Under the pieces are notes generated by a model. It was not told the DNA's origin. It did no database searches and saw only the letters and a list, made by a program, of their open reading frames with translations. This document shows, piece by piece, positions 19,450 to 33,000 of a stretch of DNA of 64,000 bases. Each line of letters begins with the position of its first letter. The first letter of the stretch is position 1. Source of the DNA: a virus (lineage: Duplodnaviria; Caudoviricetes); the IMG/VR virus record IMGVR_UViG_3300035034_000127, positions 8,031 through 72,030 of that record; one strand, 5' to 3'. A program made the position numbers and the translations under genes.

Positions 19450-21345
19450 TTAATATGGATTTGTTACTACTATCAAGTTCCAATTGGTTCCGTCCGCAGC
19501 GTATTCCATTAGTGCTCTACTTGGAGTTAATGACACTGTGCCAGCAGCGCCAGCTGGGTCAAACGCAATGTCCTTTACTACTGACTCGTTCTCAGTTCCG
19601 TTCTTGTCAACAAGAGTCGAAGTTATTGTTGTGGCGCTAGCAATATCTACACCACTAACGACTGAGTTAGAATACGATACTGTATGAATCATAGCTACTT
19701 TACTGGCATAAGGTTGGTAAAGATCTAATAGAATTACAGCCACAGCATCTGCTAACGCAGTTCCTGTGCCTAGGCCGGTCACGTCTAACGAAAATCCTAC
19801 TGGTTCTGTTCTAGCAGCAGTGTCTGTATAGAGTTTAGTAGCAGCATCTTGCGGCTGAGTTGGATCCAACACGCCAGTAATCCTTGCTGGGGTTGTTAAT
19901 GCAATGTTGCCGTTTAATGAAGATATGTTAATTCCAGCAGTGCCTATAATGTTTAGAGGAAGTAAGTTATCAGTAGGGTCACTTGCTGCGATTGCAGCAC
20001 CTGCCTTTATGGTCGTTCCGTCGATTGATGTATTGTCAACGCTGAGTGATATTAAAGTACCGATTTCATTTAGGTCGAGCGCTTTTTGAATATTAACTAA
20101 ACTAGTATTTGTTAGTTTGAGCTCGCCTCCTATATGATAACCGGTAGAACTATCAGATATGTTGATTCCTACGTTAGAAGTCCATGCATTGGTTACACTT
20201 TCCCACGTCCATTTCTTTGTTAACGAGCCGGCGATATCAAATATTATACCAGTATCATTTGCATCAGCAGCACTAAGTTCGGATCCAGGTACCGTCCTAG
20301 CTAGTTGTATAACCTTATCCTCAACTCTCAATATGTTAATATCTAGACTATTTGCTGTCCCTGAAAATAATAGATTACCGGAAATTCGTAAATCACCGGT
20401 AACATCTAAAGCATACTGTGGGTTATTATTAAAAATACCTACCCTTGCTGTACTTGCATCTATATACACTGCATCTATTGTTGATGATGTTAACGATGAT
20501 GCAACTCGTAAGCTCATATCCTGATCAAAAATTTGGTTTTCTATATAAAACTTTCCACCTACTATTTTTTGTGTAGTGTTTCGTATCATGCCAATTGTTA
20601 ATCCACCTGCGTTTTGAATAGTAATCGTGCCTGAGGTTATTCCGTCTGTGTCTGACGGTAGGAACGAGTCAACCGGTCTAATTCTACCGTCAGACGATAC
20701 TAATGACTCTGCTGCTTCTGCTATGCCTCTAAACTTAAATGTAGCTTGATTAATAACATTAAAGCCTTCGTATATTCGTCCTGTCGGATTTTCCTGAGTA
20801 ATCAAACCAGCTATTTTCTGTCCAGTTACTGGAGTAAAATCTAAGCTGCTAAGTAGACCAACTAGGGTGCCGCCGATGTACAAATAAGACACTGTGCGAG
20901 AACGGCTACTTTCATCTAACAGTGTTCCGGTTCTAAAGCCGCTCTCACCTTGTGATTTAGTATACTGTGGACCAATTAATATAACGTCAACACCGTCAAA
21001 CGCATATAACTGATTATTTAGGTTGTCTATCCATAAATCGCCAGTTACCATTAGAGGAATAGTAGGCTGCACAAACGGACTGCCGCTGGCTATCCACACT
21101 AATCCATTATAAACTTTTAGTCTTTGATTAGCAGTGTCCCACCAAGTTTGTCCTTTTAACGGATTACTCGGCGCTGCACTATTTGAAAAATTTTCTAATA
21201 GTCTAACAAAGTTTTCATTAAAAATTTCACCATAGCCGGTGTAGTTTCTCCCTACTAACACAAGGTTAGTACTATTAGAATCAATTTGTCCGTCAACTAA
21301 GTCAACTAATAGCGATCCGTCAGTTTTGTTTATTTGATAACTCAT
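19450..21345 (-). CDS. Tail fibre / baseplate-attached structural protein
   Basis: Same N-terminal module (GRNYTGYGE..NENFVRLLENF); fibre-like RVGIFNNNPQYALDVTG and PTQPQDAATKLY segments. Confidence 0.65.
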   Translation of the reverse strand: MSYQINKTDGSLLVDLVDGQIDSNSTNLVLVGRNYTGYGEIFNENFVRLLENFSNSAAPSNPLKGQTWWDTANQRLKVYNGLVWIASGSPFVQPTIPLMVTGDLWIDNLNNQLYAFDGVDVILIGPQYTKSQGESGFRTGTLLDESSRSRTVSYLYIGGTLVGLLSSLDFTPVTGQKIAGLITQENPTGRIYEGFNVINQATFKFRGIAEAAESLVSSDGRIRPVDSFLPSDTDGITSGTITIQNAGGLTIGMIRNTTQKIVGGKFYIENQIFDQDMSLRVASSLTSSTIDAVYIDASTARVGIFNNNPQYALDVTGDLRISGNLLFSGTANSLDINILRVEDKVIQLARTVPGSELSAADANDTGIIFDIAGSLTKKWTWESVTNAWTSNVGINISDSSTGYHIGGELKLTNTSLVNIQKALDLNEIGTLISLSVDNTSIDGTTIKAGAAIAASDPTDNLLPLNIIGTAGINISSLNGNIALTTPARITGVLDPTQPQDAATKLYTDTAARTEPVGFSLDVTGLGTGTALADAVAVILLDLYQPYASKVAMIHTVSYSNSVVSGVDIASATTITSTLVDKNGTENESVVKDIAFDPAGAAGTVSLTPSRALMEYAADGTNWNLIVVTNPY

Positions 21346-21347
21346 TC

Positions 21348-23381
21348 TTAATTTCCAGTATAGATTATGTAGTTCGACCCTAAAAATGGGTTCATTACTG
21401 ATAACGGTTGGCCTAGTTGCTCATTTGTTTTTACGCCGCCAGATGACGCTAGTCCCTGCGTGCCGCCGGCGCCAGCTTCGGTTGAAAGGGTAATTGCATC
21501 ATCGTCGATTGGTGCACCAGAGCCTACCCTAAACCCATAATACTGAGTTCCTGATTCCCCTTCCATATCGTGCTCGTGTTCTGGTAAGTTCTCTGTGTTA
21601 ACTTGCACTGTTTCGGAACCGTTGACGCCCCCAATTATATCTGCTGCGGGGTTAGTCACTGTGTTAGCACTAGGTCCTCCCATATTATCTAAACCTAGAG
21701 GAAATCTTCCTCTCATATCAGGTAGAGCAAATGTGCTAACACCTTGGTCGCTTAATAACGAAGCATCTCGAAAGTTATAACGTATTACGGTAAACAACTC
21801 TGTATACCGAGACTTATCAACTTCACTTCCGTCACACAGTAGCCAACCTGCAGGAGCTTCTTCACCAGCAAACGGCATATATGCTCCTACTGGCATAAGT
21901 GGGATTGACTTTAAAAAGTTTCGTTTAGTAACTCTAAATACCCCAGTGTCACCTACTATTCTATTTATTATTATTTCGTCTGCGGAGTCTACGTCCAAAA
22001 CCGGGTCTTTATTTGCTATAAAGCTATTCGCAATTCGAATGTCAAACGTCTTGTTAGTACCGCCAACCTGACCATCAAAAGCAAAACTTGTATCTTCTAC
22101 GTCCCCAGTAACTCCAAAGGTAGTAGTACTTGCTAGTCTGCTTGCACTGCCTGCTCTGCCTGACACAGTTCCGCTTACGTTACCCTGCAGGTTACCAAAA
22201 AACGTTTGGGCATGCATTTGATCATAGCGCAACGCTGAAGTGCCTACGTTTCGCTCAGTAGCACCGTCAGGAATAATATTTCCAGCAATTACGTCACCGT
22301 TTATTTTTGCATCGGCACCGACATTTAAGTTTCCAGCAACACCGGCACTTCCTTTGGTTACAAAAGAACCAGAACTAAAGTTTGTGCTATTTTCAGTGCT
22401 GCCAACAACTAGCGAGCCTGAAGTAACAACATTTCCTATAACGTCAAGCGCTTCTTCCGGAGCAGCATTATTGATTCCTACTAGTCCTTCAGAGTCAATT
22501 CGAAGAACAGTTGGTGTTCTGTTTCCGTTCCTCAACCGAAAGTCAATGTTTGAGCCAGCTGTATTGTGCTGAATAACTCCGGCTTCGTTGTCAACAGCTA
22601 GAGATAGCTGCCCACCTACTCCTATTGTGATACCGTTGTTGTTTTTAACTTTAAATTCAAAGTTAGTAGTGGAAACTGAGTCTCCTCTTAGAAAAGAGCT
22701 TGCTGGTATTGCTTGCTCTGCAATAACTAAGCTTTCGGCTTTCTCTGACGTGCCCCAATATTTTGACACACCTGCGCCTGCAATAATCAACGTACTTAGA
22801 TTAAGTCCTGGATTTATTCCAGCTCTAAATCCCGATATTGCTGCTTTAGGTACGAACTGACTAGGACTGACAATGATAGTTGGAACATTTTTTACTTTAA
22901 TAGCAAGTACGGTATAGGTTATATTATCTGTTCCTACTATTTCCTGCGATTCTGTTCCTGTTAACAACCCGTCACTAAAATTAGGACCGACTAGCACCCA
23001 GCTAGTGCCAGTAAACAAATATAGTTGCTGACTTTCGGTATTAACCCAAAGTTCTCCTGAGACAGAATTTGATACTGCCGGTACAGAAGTTGCTTTTTTT
23101 AGTCCGCCACTTGCAGTCCAATTAGTGCCGTCATACACTTTTAACTGATCAATGCCGGCTCTAGTGTCGTACCATAATTGACCTTCTACAGGAGTTTGGG
23201 GGGCTGTGTCACTAGCAAAGTTTTCTAACAAATGCAGGAAGTTCTCAGCAATTACTCCTCCATACTGCCGGGAGTCTCTTCCAGGAAAAGCCAAAGAAGT
23301 TGAAGTAGTGTCTATATCGCCTTCCTCAACAATAATAATACCCTTATTAACATTGTCGGTGTATTTAATTTCGTATGCCAT
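21348..23381 (-). CDS. Short tail fibre-like protein with phage tail collar domain
   Basis: Tail-collar motif PVGAYMPFAG..APAGWLLCDG...Y.ELF.VI...FALPDMRGRFPLG, then NLPEHEH; same N-terminal module as the two downstream genes. Confidence 0.8.
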   Translation of the reverse strand: MAYEIKYTDNVNKGIIIVEEGDIDTTSTSLAFPGRDSRQYGGVIAENFLHLLENFASDTAPQTPVEGQLWYDTRAGIDQLKVYDGTNWTASGGLKKATSVPAVSNSVSGELWVNTESQQLYLFTGTSWVLVGPNFSDGLLTGTESQEIVGTDNITYTVLAIKVKNVPTIIVSPSQFVPKAAISGFRAGINPGLNLSTLIIAGAGVSKYWGTSEKAESLVIAEQAIPASSFLRGDSVSTTNFEFKVKNNNGITIGVGGQLSLAVDNEAGVIQHNTAGSNIDFRLRNGNRTPTVLRIDSEGLVGINNAAPEEALDVIGNVVTSGSLVVGSTENSTNFSSGSFVTKGSAGVAGNLNVGADAKINGDVIAGNIIPDGATERNVGTSALRYDQMHAQTFFGNLQGNVSGTVSGRAGSASRLASTTTFGVTGDVEDTSFAFDGQVGGTNKTFDIRIANSFIANKDPVLDVDSADEIIINRIVGDTGVFRVTKRNFLKSIPLMPVGAYMPFAGEEAPAGWLLCDGSEVDKSRYTELFTVIRYNFRDASLLSDQGVSTFALPDMRGRFPLGLDNMGGPSANTVTNPAADIIGGVNGSETVQVNTENLPEHEHDMEGESGTQYYGFRVGSGAPIDDDAITLSTEAGAGGTQGLASSGGVKTNEQLGQPLSVMNPFLGSNYIIYTGN

Positions 23382-23391
23382 TCTTTGCTCC

Positions 23392-23994
23392 TTAACCTGC
23401 TAGACTTTGAATACGCACTGTATAGTCAATTTGTATCAGTCGGTTTAATGATTTTTGTATTGGGTGAAATATAACATGAGTCATTAGACGACCAGCTTGC
23501 CCGGGCGAAAAAGCTCTCAGGCCTAACTCATCAAATACAAATAAATCATCTGTGTTAGTAGCAGTGTCAAACGCTTGCTGACCGTCTGGCTCACCATAGT
23601 CTAATAAACAACTAATAATCAAGTCAGTGTAATTAGTACCACTAAGATGTCTTGTTTCTATTCTATTTCTGGCTGGGTCTGTATTATTTACGCTTCTGTC
23701 GTCAACAACCTTAGTATAAGTCTGATTATACAAGCTTGCGTTGGTGCCATTTGAGTTAGGAGTAAGATATGTAATAATACCTGTTTGATCAACAGTAGTT
23801 CCACCGTTGCCAAAATTCATCTCGTAAACAAAACCGCGGCCAGCATTAGACACACTCTCTGCTAGCGAGATACTCATATTTTCGTAATGTATAGCATTGC
23901 GTTTGTTTACGTACTCGTAATTAGTTTCAGGGTCAAAGACTCTAATATGTCCTGTTACTCGTATACCGTTATTGTCTTGCATAGTTCCGCTCAT
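23392..23994 (-). CDS. Virion structural protein (baseplate region)
   Basis: Start reassigned to ATG 23994 (MSGTMQDN), which has an AGGA RBS and a TAAATA at 24016-24011; FDELGL and HVIFHPIQKSLNR motifs; baseplate context. Confidence 0.6.
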   Translation of the reverse strand: MSGTMQDNNGIRVTGHIRVFDPETNYEYVNKRNAIHYENMSISLAESVSNAGRGFVYEMNFGNGGTTVDQTGIITYLTPNSNGTNASLYNQTYTKVVDDRSVNNTDPARNRIETRHLSGTNYTDLIISCLLDYGEPDGQQAFDTATNTDDLFVFDELGLRAFSPGQAGRLMTHVIFHPIQKSLNRLIQIDYTVRIQSLAG

Positions 23995-24013
23995 TGTTTT
24001 TCCTATACTGTAT

Positions 24014-27000
24014 TTATTCTGGCTGCGCCGAAGTTCCTGCACGTAAGAAGTTTGCTATTGGTGTGTTAGTTGTTGCAAGAGATTCGCCGGGTTTAGCCCA
24101 CGTATTTCCAACTTTTTTAACTACTGTAACTCTTACATTTTCAGCCGGTACTGTAGTTAGCACAATTTCTCCGTCCACAATTTCAAAGTCTGCAGGTATA
24201 CTAATATCGCCGTCCGGACTATTTAATGCAACTGTTGCATCAAAAACCTGCGTTGCTTGCTTGCGCAATCTAGTGCCAGCTACAAATACTTCAATTTCGT
24301 TAACTGACGATATAGTAAAGCCAATTGCAAACGATCCAGTAACGCCATCTGTCGTAAAATTCTGTACAATAGTTCTGTCTTTATACGGAATTGTTTTGTC
24401 ACTGTTTTGATCGTACACTTTTGTTCCTACAGCATGCTGTTGGGCAGTGCCTGTGCCCAGCGTACCACGACGCAATTGTCGGAGTGTGTTACCGTCTTTA
24501 ACAAAATATTCAATTCTTTCTTTGTCAATAAAGATAATTCCAGGGAGATTTCTCCCTTTATCCGGCACTGCTAGGTTCGCCCCGTCTTGAACTTCGATCC
24601 TAAGATCATAACTATTTAAAGGTTGAGCAAGGGTTGTTACTGCACTGTTTAGACGCTTAAAGTGTGTTCTGTTGAGTATGTCTTTAAACTGGCGATATGC
24701 AAACGTTGACACATTTGTTGCCGCGGAGACATCTCTATTATAAACTCTCAAATCTAGCGCGTCCATTACCTGTCCAGATACTAGCTCCTCTGGTCCTCCG
24801 CTGGTTGTTGGAGTTATGAAGCTGTCACCGTCGACAATAATTTCCTCTGGGTTAATTCCTCGCGCAGACGAGTACGCAAGATTGCCACCTATCAATGCTT
24901 GGTCATAACTTTCATCATCAGGCGCTACACTACCGTCGCTAGTGGATTTTCTAATTATCAACACATCCTCGTTGACCAACGTAATTCCTAGATCAGCTAG
25001 CTCAACTACAGAAGTCGAACCGTCACCGAAGATACTTGATGTTACTGCATTTTGGTTAACCTGTTCTGCGGTTCCGTATTCTGGATCGTCTAAACGAATA
25101 CCGTTCTTGTAGATGTTATAAATAACGCCATCTTCAAGAGCCTCTCTTAATTCAACAGCAGTTGTTGACCCATCTGCTACAAATACTTCATCTTCAAAGT
25201 TAGTACCATCAGTGTCCCATGTATCAGTATACCATCCTTCGGTATCCCACCCTGTTTCTATTTCAAAGCCCAGCCCGCTAACTTCTACTCCGCCATAATC
25301 AATCCCTGTCATTACCTGTGCTAGTTCACTACCTAACATTCCACTTAATGGGTTATATGCAAACTTAATTCTGTCTGCTGCTGACAACATACTTATTGGT
25401 CTGTAATACTCTATTCGTACATCAGACTGGTTAGCAGGAGGCTTAGTAAATATTATTCTTCCTTGCTGGTAAGTGTAGCCATTGGATATCTGTTGAGTGC
25501 CTGGCCCTGCTGCTACATTACCATTACCGTAGTTAAAATCTTCAGCTAATGTATCAATAGTCGGAGAGTAGGTTATATTAGTGTATGAATACTGGCTTCT
25601 CAACTGCTGCACTTCATTAACATATACTTTAACTTTTCTGTTATCAAGATCCATTGGCCATTTCAAGTTGTAGTTAATATCTACATTTGACCCTACAAAA
25701 TTAGCAACTTCTGCCAGTTCTTCTATAGTGTATTGTCCAGAAGTTCTATCAAACTTAATCTTAACAGTAGGTGTACGTACAACACCGTCGCCTAGTATAG
25801 CTGTTGCAGATGCCCTAATTCCAACGTCACTCTGTGGAACATCAATTATTACAGTTGGCATATTGATATACCCAACGCCAGGCGACGTAACTTTGATAGC
25901 AGTAATTTTGCCATAGCCGATAAATGCCTTAGCAGTGGCCTGCTTTGCAGATGCTCCTTCAAGTTTAATCTCAGGAGCAATGGTATAACCACTACCTGGG
26001 TTTTGTATCCTAACCTCAGTAACTGTGTATCCAATGTTGTCCTTCCAGTATTTCCTTGGGTAAGAGTCTGTATTAGCCCCTGCATCAATTAGTTCACCGT
26101 TACTGATAAACGCTTTGCTTGTAACAATTCGTTTAGTCAGGATGTCGTATTGTGGTGCTAAATCAAAGTCAGTAACAGCACTTTGAGTATCGTCGATACT
26201 AGTGTAGGAACTTATAAACTCTCGTACTTTAGAAGAATAAGGTTTTACTTCGTTTACATAGGCTTGATAACTAGCTAGCTTATCGTTTTCAAAGTTTACT
26301 TTTTGATCAAGGTTACCTACATTATGCTTAACGTTGATAAACGCTGACTTAAACATCCAGTCAACTGCCGGCTGCTCAGATAGCACGTATCTAAGGCTAG
26401 CAAAGAACAACTGGTTGTATTCAACTGCTAACTCTGCAATGAATAGGTCGTCACGTATAACTTCAAAAATTATTCTTAGTTCTTTTGCAATAACACTATC
26501 GTAAAAGAAACTGTCGTAACTTCTGCTGTCAAAGCCAACTGCATTTTTCTCAACATTATATAAGCTTTCATTAAAGCTTATAGTTCCTGCTTGACGTCCG
26601 ATAGTATCGTAATTAATCGTAAAATCTTCAGTTTCTTCGTTGGCAATCTTTTTAAGCAGTAACCAGCCACCGCTGCTTATACTTTTAGCTTTTACTACAT
26701 TGCCAATAGTGTCACGTAGGCCTCCTAGCAAGTAAGTGCCCTCGATCTCAAAATCAATGTCAGTAAACTGATTAAACCCTTCTGCATACCAATCTCTGTA
26801 GTCCCAGAACCTGGACACGTCAAACGCTTGAATCTGCGTTCTAAACCAGTTTCTCTCAATTTCGTTCCACGAATATATTGCCCATTTGCCATTTAGATTA
26901 TCGTCATTATTTACTAACACACTGTAGCGTCTTGGCAGCAGCACTGTTGCATCACCGTAGCCACTGCCTTCATTTGTAATAATTGCAGTTGTAACTTGAC

Positions 27001-30000
27001 CTAAATTGTTTATAGACAACTTAACTTCAAAGTTCTTACCGGCGCCTGCTACTTCGACTGTAGGTTCGATCTTATACCCTCTTCCCGAAGACAGTATGTT
27101 AACTTGAATTATCTTACCATTAACGATCACCGGTTCTAGTCGTGCTGGTGTAATTTTGTTTATACTTAAAAAGTCTAGGTCAAATGTCGTGTCAACAACA
27201 ATATCGTATTTACGAGTAGCAATCGAAGGTGCATCGTCCTTACTAAACAAGCGCGAAGTTTGATATTGATCTACTACAAGATTCTTGGATAGTACTAGGT
27301 TTACACGCTCAATAAACTGCTTTAATGCTTCAGTCCTATTTACAAACATTCCCTGTCGTGGTCGATTTTGAATACCTGTGCGTTTTGCTATCGGAATAGC
27401 AGGGTTTGGCACTGGTCTGTTGTTTTCATCAAACCCAATTAAGCTATCGAACCACTTGCGTTCGATATCTGCGGTAGGCTTACTTACTCCTGATCCGTCC
27501 GACATCAACAGGTATTGTAAATGTGTATTCTGTATCTTAGTTTCTCGCGTATCATATCTAATGTTAAGTACCACGTCATCTGATGTAACAATATTTTCAA
27601 AGTTGTTCAACACCATTCTTGAATCACTTAAGAAGCTAACAAATCTATAACCCTGCTCTCTAGGTGATCTAATTAAATTAGTAATATCAAATATACTTAG
27701 TGTGCGGTTAACAGGTACGTCACGCTTGTTCTGCACCCAGAAGTAATAGACAGTACTAAACGTTTGACTAATATCATCATAAGTCAACCTAGCGCTATAT
27801 TTTTCATCGCCGTATAACGAAGTCCCAGTAATACCTAACGAGGAGCCCGCATCTGTTGCTGATAATGCATCCCACCGCAACGGAGTATACTGCGTTTCAA
27901 CCCATTCATAAACATCTATAGAGGCCCCTTGAGCAAGAACGTTCCATACCTCCTTTTGGTACGATATGCTTCCTTGGTAAGGCCATTCAAATCTAGCAGT
28001 GTTAATATTCCACCAAACTTGTCCTACTTGCTTTTCCGCCCAGAATATGTCAACGTCAACTGTGTTGTCACTTAGGATTCCTACGTTATACGCTGCTGGG
28101 TCTGTACCTATCTTGTAGGTAATGTCCTGCTCGGCAATACCTGCAATCTTGCCCTGAACTGGATCAATATAATCCAAGTAAGTGATAATTTCGTTAGTAC
28201 GTTTGTTATAGACAAACACACCCTGAATCTTCGAAATATCTACTGGAACAATACTTTCTCTTAATACGTTCCATGCAAACTTGCCTTTCGGCTTTCTGTA
28301 ATCAACAACTACACCTTGGCCCGTAGTTGTAACCAGCGAAGGAATTCCTACGTAGACGTGATTACCGTTTGATAATAAAGTTTCACCAAATTGGCTAGTT
28401 GCACTGTCATACCTAAATCTTTCGCTAAAGACAAGTTGATCGTTTAGTGTTTCAAATATGTATACAACACCTGAATCCAGTATAGTTTCGTTAAACCTAG
28501 TGAATCTATTGTCAATTATAGTCTCATTGTTGGTCACTAAGTCGAACGTTGTCGGAATCTTTTGATCCCCGTTCAGACTCGATATTACCAAATTATCTTG
28601 ACCGTAACTCATATCGTACCCAAACTGCTCGCCTTCTTCGTTATTAGGCGGAAGCAGTGTTTGGGTCAATACAAACTCACTGTCAACTTGCATATAGATG
28701 TATACTTGCCCTTGATTTACTTTTGCAGAATCATCAAGAGAAGCACTGATAGCAAAAGACATACCGTCTGGTCGCATGCTAATTTTGTATGCCCAGTTAG
28801 TTGAGTTTTGCAATTCCGGAGCATTTATTATTTGAGATAACAAAAATTTATTGTCTGTTTCTCTATAAATTAATACTCGAGTGTCGTTAACCGTGCTATC
28901 AGAACCTGTAATAGTAGCGGTAGTTACAATTACCTGGCCGTTTGAACTAATATCATATGCCTTACTGAAGTCTACTAACACATTCGGAGTATTACTGGAT
29001 TCAAACACTTCCTCGTTGTATGCTGTAAATCCGGTAACGTTTGGCAAAAATCCCACATAGTCTATTAGGTTGGATAGTTGCTTCCAGTCTGTTGTGACAA
29101 AACCAGCACCGGTTGATATGTTAGTAACAGCGCTATAGAATTTATCATTATAAAAAACAATAGAACCCTCTGCATAACCATAGCTGTTATTCCATTCTCC
29201 TCTGTAGTTTGAATCTTTTCCTTGCTTCCAACTGATGTTAGCCCAAAATATTGAATCTTTAATCCTACTTTCTACTTCGGTTTGATCTTTATTAGCAACA
29301 TAGTAATCGTCTTCGAAGGTAACTATATCTCCTTTTATGTAAGTGCCCGGTGCATAATTTCCCTTGAAGTTTTCGCCCGCCAGTGCGCCATGCCTAAAGA
29401 TTTCAATGCCGCCTACTAACTCTTGTTGGTCACCATTGCCTATACTAGATACAAACAAAGTATAATAGTTGCCTACTTGCCTAATTTCTACATCTCTGCC
29501 AAACTGCCTATCTTCCATTCCGTATTCTGACACAATAGTACGCTGATAGCTGTAGGTGCCGCCAGTTAGTCTTCGGTATATTGCTACAGCACCTTCGTTT
29601 ACTGGTCCAGCTGTTCCGAAGTTGTCTGCTTCTATATGGTATATTTGAACGTAATCCTTGTTTAGACTGAAGGGCGGATTAGGTACTCGGCCCGCTCCCT
29701 GTGCTATATTTTCTGTATAGAACCAATATTCTTCGCCAGTTATTGGAATAATTTCATTCCACTTTCTGCTATCTGCAAAAATTTCGTCTGCTTCAAATAC
29801 TATTAACTTACCTATTAGGTCATTACCTACACAGATATCATTATCGGAATCTTCAACGACACCAATAATTCGATCAACATCTGCTTGACCTCTTATAGCA
29901 GTGTTGCGGTTTCTTTTAACATTGTAACGGCCTATGTTGTTTAGCTGGTCCCATGTTCCGGTTATGTTTTTTACATAGACTCTGACTTGGTTAAAGTTTC

Positions 30001-33000
30001 GTTGTACCCATGTAACTTCGGCACTGCTAGTGGTTATTCCGGTAATTGCAAGTCCACCTTGGCCATTACGCGGCATCTGTAAATCTTCTAAAACATCGCC
30101 TATTTGAGGTTGAAACACAAATCCCTGTGCGTCAAACCTAGTAAAATTAAAGTCAATATAACCATCCCACATGTCTACTATTGTTTGTAATTTGTTGAAT
30201 GTTGAATAGCCTCCAGTTAGCCCGCTAGGAGCAAAGTTAATAATTCGCTCGTTAGATTCGAATAGGCTAAGTTGAAGTTGATCACCGGATACTAGCGTAT
30301 CACTGAATACTTTACCTGTCCTAACTAACCATTGACTGCTGGGTACACTGACTTCGGGGCCAACCTGCCCATCAGCCGAAGTTAAATCACCAGTAAAGGA
30401 TAGTTGAGCAACAAAACTAGCTTGATTTCGATCATCAAAATCATTGCCTATAACGCCTGCTGTTAGCTGTATATTGTAGTAATCGTTGACCTCACGCGTC
30501 TCGTTCTCTATCCTGACATCGGCATAAACTAATCCCTTACCTGCATCATAATAAACACCATTATTAGAATAATCAGTAGGGGTTTCAATGTACCAAAATC
30601 CTGTTACTGCATCATTAGTACTAACTGTATCTTCTTCAGTGTAAACGCCAATTAAATCCTGATTGTCTATAAACAGCTGGCCAGATGTTTCAAATGTACC
30701 GTTTGATTCTTTTAGGTAAATGATGACTCCGTCTCTACTGGTGCTAACATAATAAACAGTTGCTTGGCCGGTGTCAGTAGTTACTCTGTCGTTTACTGAC
30801 GGCAGTGCAGTATATAACTCAACATAAAAGACATGGTCTATCTTTTCCTTAATAATATGCTCTTGGTTCAAAAAGCTAGAAGAGATTTCCGGTATAAGTC
30901 CGTCAAATGGCTCGTAAAAATCCAGTGTAGGATAAGAGTAACTGCGAGCATTCCAGAACAAGTTAACTTTATCGCCAGCTGTTGTTCCTTGGTACATTTC
31001 TTTAGGCGCACGTACTAATATGTGATTAGTAATATTATTTGCCAGTTGCGAATCGCCTGCTATTATCAGTGCAGCAAGTTGGTCATTATCATCAAACGAG
31101 CCTATAATGTTGTTGTACGAGCTAAAGGTCGAGAACGGCTGAGTGGAAATTTGAGGAAAAATTGTTCTGTTGGCTCTCCACAAGCTTTCTCTAAACTTAA
31201 CAATTTGATTTTTTGTGTAAGTAGCGTCTGGGTCAAACAGCCCTTGAAACCTAGTTTTAACGCCAGATGCCTGAGGTAATCCGGCGATTAAATATTCACC
31301 GTCTGGCGACACACTTACTGAAGACGCAAACCCGTTAGCAAAGGAGGTCATTAGTCCTTGCTGGGCAAAGCTTATTTCCTGATCTAGTTGCACATTAAAA
31401 CTTTCTGACGACCGTCTATAGTAGTATACTTTTCCGTTTTCTACTTCTGGAGCCGTTACAAACACGTTATTGTTATCAGCAGTAACCAATACCTCGTTAC
31501 CGTATTTGTGTTCAATACCTTCTTCTTGAACAGGATTAGTAAGTGCCTGCTCGTTAGTATATACGCTGGAGTTATTTAGAACAGCCCAATCGCCATTGTA
31601 ATTATCAATCCATGCTGTTTGGTCTTGGTATAGTGTATCTTGTACAACATCCTGTAGTTCTAAAAGATTGTTTAGTCTAACTGAACGCAGCAAGGTTAAC
31701 TGAAAATTTTCATCAGCAAATGTTTCAAATGCTGCATCGGTTGGTACACGAATGTTAATAACGTTTAACTTAATCAGGTCAATACTATCAACTTCGTAGA
31801 ATCCATTAACTCCTAATGTTCGAGTGTCTCTTACTCCTATAATATCGCCAACTAAAATGCGATTAGTTGTGTATCGATCCAACGTCAACTCTCGTAAGGA
31901 GTCACCAAACTTGTTAGTTTCCTTATTATCAAGTAATTTACTAACCTTTATCCCAGTTGTTACGTGCTGATAAACATCCCATGGTCGGTCAAGTATTTCG
32001 GTAATCCAGATGTATTCACCTAGTGCAACGTCATCTACATTGCCATTTCTAAGATCTTCTGTAGAGCCAGCAACAAAGGTTACGTCGTTTTCGTCTACGT
32101 AGCCAGCAGTTCTCACATACTCGTTAACTAACGGCTTAGTAAAGAACGGTGCTCCTGTATAGTTAGCAGGCTTATCATACAGCTCAAAAGATTTTATTCT
32201 GTAGACTTTTTCCAAATTACTTAGAGGAATGTCATCTGTTAATTCAATAGTCTGCGGAGAAATCCGTATTTGGTCTTGTTTCAAATTGATCTCAATTTGA
32301 CTTGTGTTATCAATTGCACCATACCGGCCAACTTGTATGGCCCATTCTTCAAAGAACTCTAAGCTTTCTTTACCTGCTGCACCTAGTTTTTCGAACATTT
32401 TGGACAATGCATTTTTAGTACCTTTGTCCTGAATCATGCCTTGATAAAACTTGTACTGAGAAACGTCATCAGTAATGATGTTTGCTAGGTACTGTCTCTT
32501 TTGATAGCCAGTTAAATGTTGTGCCATTCTTTGTAGCTCAGCATCAAACCCGTCTGTATCAAGATCATAAAAGTCAGTAAACTGATTAATCCTATAATCA
32601 AAGTTAGTGATTAGTTCTGCTTCTGGCTTTTTGCTCAATCTGTACCAAAGATTAGTATTAAATTCTTTTGAACCAGGTACGTTTTCTGTAGCTACGTAAT
32701 AGAATTGCTTGTACTTAACCAAGCTGCCAATTTGAAAATCTTTCCAGCTGGCCCATTCAGAAATAACTGCGCCATCGTAAACAAAACCAGGAATGTTTAG
32801 TCCACCGTTCCAATCACCTGAACGGTAACCTACTATCTTAATCCGATCTCTTCTATACCCAGTTGATGGCTCATAAATTATATCGTTAAAGATGGTTCGA
32901 TTGTCTATTACGACTACATGTTCTTTTTGTACTAACGCAAGTGCTACTGAATACAACCCGTCGTCGGTGTTTACTGTTTGTATTCCGAAACTATTTTGAT

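Noticed and set aside
15922-23381. Diversity-generating retroelement or invertible cassette at the tail fibres
   Set aside because: No reverse transcriptase or recombinase, and no near-identical nucleotide repeats noticed; similarity among fibres is at the protein level only.
3903-24042. ORF-track starts at 3903, 8136 and 24042
   Set aside because: Each overlaps the upstream gene extensively; starts at 3948, 8079 and 23994 give ATGA coupling or a proper RBS.
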